DNA of 64,000 bases from the human T2T-CHM13v2.0 reference genome, Homo sapiens, in the NCBI RefSeq assembly GCF_009914755.1, contig NC_060948.1, one strand, 5' to 3'. Each line of letters starts with the position of its first letter. The first letter of the stretch is position 1. Positions 55,586 through 64,000 of the stretch are shown here, in pieces. The position numbers and the translations under genes are program-made. The notes beneath the pieces are model-generated. The model worked only from the letters and a program-made list of their open reading frames with translations, did not search any database and was not told the DNA's origin.

Positions 55586-58500
55586 GGCCTGGAATAAAGT
55601 GGAATGCTACGGTCTCGAATGGAATAAAAATGTATGGAATGGAATGCAATGAAACGGAATCGAATGTCATAGAATGTAATGGAATGCAAAAAAATGGAAT
55701 CCAAAATCATTGACTGGAAAGGCTGGGTGTCGAAAGGAATTGACTCCAATGGAATGGAATCGAATGGAATGGAAGTGAATAGAATCGAACTAAATCGAAT
55801 GGAATGGAATTGATAGGAACGGAATGGAAAAGAATGCAATGATTTGGCATGGAATGGAATCGAATGGCATCGAATGGAATGGAATGGAATGCAATGGAAT
55901 GGAATGTATTAGAATGGAATGAACTTTAATGGAATGTACTCGAATGGATTCGACTGGAATGGAATGTTCTGGAAGTGAATGGACTCCAATGGAATGGATT
56001 CCAAAGGAATGGAATCGTACGGAATGGAATCTAATGGAATGGAATTAAATGGAAATGAATCAAATTGAATAGCACGGAATTGAATTGAATGGAATGGAAT
56101 GCAATGGAATCTAATGAAACGGAAAGGAAAGGAATGGAATGGAATGGAATGGGCTGGAATGGAAAGGAATCGAAACGAATGGAATGGAATCGAAGTGAAG
56201 AGACTGGAATGGAATGCACTGGAATGGAAGGGAGTGTAATGGAAGGTTCTCGAAAAAAATGGAATCGAATGGAATGGAATTGAATGGAACGGAATAGAGT
56301 CGAATGGAATTGAATGGAATGGAATGGACTAGAGTGAAATGGAATCGAACCACAAGGAATGGACAGGAATAGAATGGTCTCGAATTGAATGGAATCGTAT
56401 GGAATGGCATCAAACGGAATGGAATGGACAGCCACGGAATGGAATGCACTCGAATGCAATGGAGTCGAAACTAATGGACTGGAATAGAATGGACTCGACT
56501 GGTACGGACTCCAATGGAATGGAATCGAATGGAAGGGAATCGAACGGAATGGACTCGAAGGGAAAAGACTGCAATGGAAAGGTCTCGAATGGAATGGAAA
56601 TTAATGGAATGGAATGGAATCGAATGAAATGGAGTCAAAAGGAATGGAATCGAATGGCAAGAAATCGAATGTAATGGAATCGCCAGGAATTGATGTGAAC
56701 GGAACGGAATGGAATGGAATCCAAAGGAATGGAATAGAATGGAATGGAATCGAATGGAAAGGACTCGAATGGAAATCACTCGAATAGAATGCAATTTAAT
56801 AAAATAGGATCAAATGTAATGGAATGGAATGGAAAGGAATCGAAACGAAAGGAATGGAGACAGATGGAATGGAATGGAACAGAGAGCAATGGTATAGAAC
56901 GGAATGGAATCATCTGGAATGGAATTGAATGGAATGGAATAATATGAAATGGAATGGAATGGAATGGAATGGAATGCCCTTGAATTAAATGGACTGGAAT
57001 GGAATGGACTCAAACAGAGTGGAATGGAAAGTGTGGAGATAGAATGGAGTGAACTCCTTTGGAATGGTGTAGTATGCAATGCAATCGACTGGCAGGGAAT
57101 CAAAAGGAATGTAATCGAATGGATTGGACTGGAATGCAATGGACTCGAATAGATTGGAAACGGAATGCAAAGGAATGGAATGGAATAGTATGGAATGCAA
57201 TGGAAGGGAATGGAGTGGAATAGACTAGAGTGGAATGGAATGGACTGGAAAGCAATGGACTGGAATGGAACTTTCTTGGATGGACTGGAATCAAACGGAA
57301 TGGAATGCAATGCAATCAAATGGCATGGAATAAATTAGAATGAAAGAGAATCAAATGGAATTGAATCGAATGGAATCGAATGGATTGGAAAGGAATAGAA
57401 TGGAATGGAATGGAATTGACTCAAATGGAATGGACTAGAATGGAATGGATTCGAATGGAAGGCAAAGGAATGGAATCTATTGGAATGGACTGTAATGGAA
57501 TGGAATGGAAGGGATTGGAATGGACTCGAATGGAATGGACTGCAATAGAAAGGATTCGAATGGAATGAAAAAGAATTGAATGGAATAGAACAGAATGGAA
57601 TCAAATCGAATGAAATGGAATGGAATAGAAAGGAATGGAATGAAATGGAATGGAAAGGATTCGAATGGAATGCAATCGAATGGAATGGAATCGAACGGAA
57701 TGGAATAAAATGGAAGAAAACTGGCAAGAAATGGAATCGAAATGAATGGAGTGTTATGGAACGGACTCAAAAGGAATTGAATGTAATAGAATGGAGTGGA
57801 GTGGACTCGAATATAATGGACTGGAATGGAATGAAATCACATGGAATGGGAACGAATGGAATGGAATGGAAAGGAATGGAATCGAATGGAAAGGAATCGA
57901 ATGGAAGGGAATGAAATTGAATCAACACGAATGGAAGGGAATAGAATAGACTGTAATGGAATGGACTCGAATAGAATGGACACGAATGCTCAAATTAAAT
58001 GGACTCGAATGGAATGGAAACGAAAGGAATGTCATCGAATGGAATTGAATCAATTGGAATGAAATCGCATAGAATGGAGTGGAATCAAATGGAATTGAAT
58101 CGAAAGGAAAGGAAGCGAATGGACTGAAATGAAATGGAATGGAATTGAATGGAAAGTAATGCAATGGAATAGAATGGAACGAAATTTCACGGAATGGAAT
58201 CAAACTGAATGGAATCAAATCAATGGAATCAAATCAAATGGAATGGAAAGGAATTGAATGGAGTAGATGGGATTGGATGGGATTGGAATGAAATGTACTG
58301 GAAAGGACTCGAATTTCATGAAACGGAATGGAATGAATTGGAACGGAATGGACTCGAATGGAATGGAATGTCATGGGATGGCATCAAATGGAATGGCATC
58401 AAATGGAATGGAATCGAATGCAATGGAATGCTATGGAATGGAATGGAATGCATTGGAATGGAATGTCCTCTAATGGAATGGATTCGAGTGGAATGGAATT

Positions 58501-59149
58501 GAATATAATGGAGTCGAATGAAATGGAATTGAAAGGAATGGGATCGAATACAATGGAATATACTGGAATGTAACGTAATGAACTCGAATGTAATTGACTG
58601 GAATGGAATGTACATGAATGGAATGTAATCGAATGGAAAGTAATCCAATGGAATAGATTCTAATGCAATAAAATCGACTCAGATAGAGTAGAATGTAATG
58701 GAATGGAGTGCAGTGCAATGGAATGGAATGGAATGGAATGCAATGGAATGGAATGGAATGGAATGGAATGGAATGGAATGGAATGGGATGGAATGGTATG
58801 GAATGGATAGTAATGGACTGGAGTGAAATGGACTGGAAAGGAATGGACTCAAATTGAAAGGGCTCGAAAGGAATGGAGTCAAATGGAATGGTCTGGAATG
58901 GAATGAACACGAATGTAATGCAACCCAATAGAATGGAATCGAATGGCATGGAATATAAAGAAATGGAATCGAAGAGAATGGAAACAAAGGGAATGGAATT
59001 GAATGGAATGGAATTGAATGGAATGGGAACGAATGGAGTGAAATTGTATGCAGTAGAAGAGAATAGAATGGAATGCAAGCGAAAGGAAAGGAATGGATTG
59101 GAATGGAATGGAATTCATTGGAATGGAAGGGAATGTAGTGTAATGGACA
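55586..59149 (+). repeat. DYZ1 unit U16, 3,564 bp (copy of U11)
   Basis: Shares ttccaaagg, aatcaattgg, gattctaat and aaacaaaggg with U11; canonical 3,564-bp length. Confidence 0.9.
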
Positions 59150-62100
59150 GGCCTGGAATAAAGTGGAATGCTACGGTCTCGAATGGAATAAAAATGTATG
59201 GAATGGAATGCAATGAAACGGAATCGAATGTCATAGAATGTAATGGAATGCAAAAAAATGGAATCCAAAATCATTGACTGGAAAGGCTGGGTGTCGAAAG
59301 GAATTGACTCCAATGGAATGGAATCGAATGGAATGGAAGTGAATAGAATCGAACTAAATCGAATGGAATGGAATTGATAGGAACGGAATGGAAAGGAATG
59401 CAATGATTTGGCATGGAATGGAATCGAATGGCATCGAATGGAATGGAATGGAATGCAATGGAATGGAATGTATTAGAATGTAATGAACTTTAATGGAATG
59501 TACTCGAATGGATTCGACTGGAATGGAATGTTCTGGAAGTGAATGGACTCCAATGGAATGGATTCAAAAGGAATGGAATCGTACGGAATGGAATCTAATG
59601 GAATGGAATTAAATGGAAATGAATCAAATTGAATAGCACGGAATTGAATTGAATGGAATGGAATGCAATGGAATCTAATGAAACGGAAAGGAAAGGAATG
59701 GAATGGAATGGAATGGGCTGGAATGGAAAGGAATCGAAACGAATGGAATGGAATCGAACTGAAGAGACTGGAATGGAATGCACTGGAATGGAAGGGAGTG
59801 TAATGGAAGGTTCTCGAAAAAAATGGAATCGAATGGAATGGAATTGAATGGAACGGAATAGAGTCGAATGGAATTGAATGGAATGGAATGGACTAGAGTG
59901 AAATGGAATCGAACCACAAGGAATGGACAGGAATAGAATGGTCTCGAATTGAATGGAATCGTATGGAATGGCATCAAACGGAATGGAATGGACAGCCACG
60001 GAATGGAATGCACTCGAATGCAATGGAGTCGAAACTAATGGACTGGAATAGAATGGACTCGACTGGTACGGACTCCAATGGAATGGAATCGAATGGAAGG
60101 GAATCGAACGGAAGGGAATCGAACGGAATGGACTCGAAGGGAAAAGACTGCAATGGAAAGGTCTCGAATGGAATGGAAATTAATGGAATGGAATGGAATC
60201 GAATGAAATGGAGTCAAAAGGAATGGAATCGAATGGCAAGAAATCGAATGTAATGGAATCGCCAGGAATTGATGTGAACGGAACGGAATGGAATGGAATC
60301 CAAAGGAATGGAATAGAATGGAATGGAATCGAATGGAAAGGACTCGAATGGAAATCACTCGAATAGAATGCAATTTAATAAAATAGGATCAAATGTAATG
60401 GAATGGAATGGAAAGGAATCGAAACGAAAGGAATGGAGACAGATGGAATGGAATGGAACAGAGAGCAATGGTATAGAATGGAATGGAATCATCTGGAATG
60501 GAATTGAATGGAATGGAATAATATGAAATGGAATGGAATGGAATGGAATGGAATGCCCTTGAATTAAATGGACTGGAATGGAATGGACTCAAACAGAGTG
60601 GAATGGAAAGTGTGGAGATAGAATGGAATGAACTCCTTTGGAATGGTGTAGTATGCAATGCAATCGACTGGCAGGGAATCAAAAGGAATGTAATCGAATG
60701 GATTGGACTGGAATGCAATGGACTCGAATAGATTGGAAACGGAATGCAAAGGAATGGAATGGAATAGTATGGAATGCAATGGAAGGGAATGGAGTGGAAT
60801 AGACTAGAGTGGAATGGAATGGACTGGAAAGCAATGGACTGGAATGGAACTTTCTTGGATGGACTGGAATCAAACGGAATGGAATGCAGTGCAATCAAAT
60901 GGCATGGAATAAAATAGAATGAAAGAGAATCAAATGGAATTGAATCGAATGGAATCGAATGGATTGGAAAGGAATAGAATGGAATGGAATGGAATTGACT
61001 CAAATGGAATGGACTAGAATGGAATGGATTCGAATGGAAGGCAAAGGAATGGAATCTATTGGAATGGACTGTAATGGAATGGAATGGAAGGGATTGGAAT
61101 GGACTCGAATGGAATGGACTGCAATAGAAAGGATTCGAATGGAATGAAAAAGAATTGAATGGAATAGAACAGAATGGAATCAAATCGAATGAAATGGAAT
61201 GGAATAGAAAGGAATGGAATGAAATGGAATGGAAAGGATTCGAATGGAATGCAATCGAATGGAATGGAATCGAACGGAATGGAATAAAATGGAAGAAAAC
61301 TGGCAAGAAATGGAATCGAAATGAATGGAGTGTTATGGAACGGACTCAAAAGGAATTGAATGTAATAGAATGGAGTGGAGTGGACTCGAATATAATGGAC
61401 TGGAATGGAATGAAATCACATGGAATGGGAACGAATGGAATGGAATGGAAAGGAATGGAATCGAATGGAAAGGAATCGAATGGAAGGGAATGAAATTGAA
61501 TCAACACGAATGGAAGGGAATAGAATAGACTGTAATGGAATGGACTCGAATAGAATGGACACGAATGCTCAAATTAAATGGACTCGAATGGAATGGAAAC
61601 GAAAGGAATGTCATCGAATGGAATTGAATCGATTGGAATGAAATCGCATAGAATGGAGTGGAATCAAATGGAATTGAATCGAAAGGAAAGGAAGCGAATG
61701 GACTGAAATGAAATGGAATGGAATTGAATGGAAAGTAATGCAATGGAATAGAATGGAACGAAATTTCACGGAATGGAATCAAACTGAATGGAATCAAATC
61801 AATGGAATCAAATCAAATGGAATGGAAAGGAATTGAATGGAGTAGATGGGATTGGATGGGATTGGAATGAAATGTACTGGAAAGGACTCGAATTTCATGA
61901 AACGGAATGGAATGAATTGGAACGGAATGGACTCGAATGGAATGGAATGTCATGGGATGGCATCAAATGGAATGGCATCAAATGGAATGGAATCGAATGC
62001 AATGGAATGCTATGGAATGGAATGGAATGCATTGGAATGGAATGTCCTCTAATGGAATGGATTCGAGTGGAATGGAATTGAATATAATGGAGTCGAATGA

Positions 62101-62708
62101 AATGGAATTGAAAGGAATGGGATCGAATACAATGGAATATACTGGAATGTAACGTAATGAACTCGAATGTAATTGACTGGAATGGAATGTACATGAATGG
62201 AATGTAATCGAATGGAAAGTAATCCAATGGAATAGAATCTAATGCAATAAAATCGACTCAGATAGAGTAGAATGTAATGGAATGGAGTGCAGTGCAATGG
62301 AATGGAATGGAATGGAATGCAATGGAATGGAATGGAATGGAATGGGATGGAATGGTATGGAATGGATAGTAATAGACTGGAGTGAAATGGACTGGAAAGG
62401 AATGGACTCAAATTGAAAGGGCTCGAAAGGAATGGAGTCAAATGGAATGGTCTGGAATGGAATGAACACGAATGTAATGCAACCCAATAGAATGGAATCG
62501 AATGGCATGGAATATAAAGAAATGGAATCGAAGAGAATGGAAACAAAGGGAATGGAATTGAATGGAATGGAATTGAATGGAATGGGAACGAATGGAGTGA
62601 AATTGTATGCAGTAGAAGAGAATAGAATGGAATGCAAGCGAAAGGAAAGGAATGGATTGGAATGGAATGGAATTCATTGGAATGGAAGGGAATGTAGTGT
62701 AATGGACA
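59150..62708 (+). repeat. DYZ1 unit U17, 3,559 bp (copy of U12)
   Basis: GGCC spacing; (ATGGA)4 with gtaatagact. Confidence 0.88.
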
Positions 62709-64000
62709 GGCCTGGAATAAAGTGGAATGCTACGGTCTCGAGTGGAATAAAAATGTATGGAATGGAATGCAATGAAACGGAATCGAATGTCATAGAATGT
62801 AATGGAATGCAAAAAAATGGAATCCAAAATCATTGACTGGAAAGGCTGGGTGTCGAAAGGAATTGACTCCAATGGAATGGAATCGAATGGAATGGAAGTG
62901 AATAGAATCGAACTAAATCGAATGGAATGGAATTGATAGGAACGGAATGGAAAGGAATGCAATGATTTGGCATGGAATGGAATCGAATGGCATCGAATGG
63001 AATGGAATGGAATGCAATGGAATGGAATGTATTAGAATGTAATGAACTTTAATGGAATGTACTCGAATGGATTCGACTGGAATGGAATGTTCTGGAAGTG
63101 AATGGACTCCAATGGAATGGATTCAAAAGGAATGGAATCGTACGGAATGGAATCTAATGGAATGGAATTAAATGGAAATGAATCAAATTGAATAGCACGG
63201 AATTGAATTGAATGGAATGGAATGCAATGGAATCTAATGAAACGGAAAGGAAAGGAATGGAATGGAATGGAATGGGCTGGAATGGAAAGGAATCGAAACG
63301 AATGGAATGGAATCGAAGTGAAGAGACTGGAATGGAATGCACTGGAATGGAAGGGAGTGTAATGGAAGGTTGTCGAAAAAAATGGAATCGAATGGAATGG
63401 AATTGAATGGAACGGAATAGAGTCGAATGGAATTGAATGGAATGGAATGGACTAGAGTGAAATGGAATCGAACCACAAGGAATGGACAGGAATAGAATGG
63501 TCTCGAATTGAATGGAATCGTATGGAATGGCATCAAACGGAATGGAATGGACAGCCACGGAATGGAATGCACTCGAATGCAATGGAGTCGAAACTAATGG
63601 ACTGGAATAGAATGGACTCGACTGGTACGGACTCCAATGGAATGGAATCGAATGGACGGGAATCGAACGGAAGGGAATCGAACGGAATGGACTCGAAGGG
63701 AAAAGACTGCAATGGAAAGGTCTCGAATGGAATGGAAATTAATGGAATGGAATGGAATCGAATGAAATGGAGTCAAAAGGAATGGAATCGAATGGCAAGA
63801 AATCGAATGTAATGGAATCGCCAGGAATTGATGTGAACGGAACGGAATGGAATGGAATCCAAAGGAATGGAATAGAATGGAATGGAATCGAATGGAAAGG
63901 ACTCGAATGGAAATCACTCGAATAGAATGCAATTTAATAAAATAGGATCAAATGGAATGGAATGGAAAGGAATCGAAACGAAAGGAATGGAGACAGATGG
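62709..64000 (+). repeat. Partial DYZ1 unit U18 (copy of U13)
   Basis: Shares the rare ggacgggaatc (near 63654) with U13; private XhoI CTCGAG at 62737-62742; 5-bp deletion near 63952. Confidence 0.88.

Larger units (their letters stand above)
1..64000 (+). repeat. DYZ1: Human satellite III (HSat3) array, DYZ1-type ~3.6 kb macro-repeat (Yq12 heterochromatin); GGAAT strand on +
   Basis: Continuous degenerate GGAAT pentamers (GGAAT, CGAAT, GGACT, TGAAT, CAAAT) across the whole window. Unique landmarks (gacaggcctggaataaag, ggctgggtgtcg, gatagagtag, gcccttgaatt) recur every 3,558-3,583 bp. There is one EcoRI and one HaeIII site per unit, and unit U16 is exactly 3,564 bp, the length of the classical DYZ1 unit. 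The Y assignment rests on known unit size and restriction map, not on a database search. Confidence 0.95.
30634..64000 (+). repeat. Higher-order tandem duplication of five units (U9-U13 / U14-U18), period 17,804-17,830 bp; second copy runs off the window
   Basis: More than twelve rare variants recur in order at this offset from ~30.9 kb/48.7 kb to ~45.8 kb/63.7 kb. Confidence 0.85.

Noticed and set aside
233-63932. Hundreds of ORFs (MEWNG-rich on +, FHSIP-rich on -), up to 305 aa (e.g. 42559-43476, 46118-47035, 60389-61306)
   Set aside because: A perfect GGAAT/ATTCC repeat has no stop codon and translates to MEWNG/FHSIP in every frame. The ORFs overlap in all frames, have no recognisable domain, and are made or broken by single variants.
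1-64000. CRISPR-like or prokaryotic/phage repeat system
   Set aside because: There is no repeat-spacer architecture, no unique spacers and no associated genes; the 5-bp and 3.6-kb periodicities explain all of the sequence.
1-64000. Interspersed DYZ2/HSat1B blocks, Alu/L1 insertions or inversions
   Set aside because: GGCC landmarks keep a 3,558-3,583 spacing with no inserted sequence, and the GGAAT strand never switches.

Overview
The whole 64-kb window is one uninterrupted, single-orientation satellite array of diverged (GGAAT)n/(ATTCC)n pentamers. It is organised into ~3.56-3.58 kb tandem units, each with one GAATTC (EcoRI) and one AGGCCT/GGCC (StuI/HaeIII) site. This matches human satellite III DYZ1 of the Yq12 heterochromatin (the classical 3,564-bp HaeIII/EcoRI repeat). 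Cutting at GGCC gives 17 complete units (U1-U17, 3,558-3,583 bp) plus two partial ones. I found no genes, RNA genes, transposons, CRISPR or unique sequence; every ORF in the track is a translation artefact of the pentamer. I do not see a new coding biological system here. The real information is in the unit-to-unit variants, read by eye, which reveal a nested history. There is a very young 3-unit tandem duplication (U2-4 / U5-7, period 10,741 bp), a divergent junction unit (U8) and an older 2-unit duplication (U8-9 / U10-11). There is also a 1-unit duplication (U12/U13) and a 5-unit duplication (U9-13 / U14-18, period ~17.8 kb). Finer-scale signals are out-of-register variant sharing suggestive of gene conversion, clustered multi-nucleotide mutations, a hypervariable perfect (ATGGA)4-10 tract in every unit, and pentamer phase shifts confined to one third of the unit.
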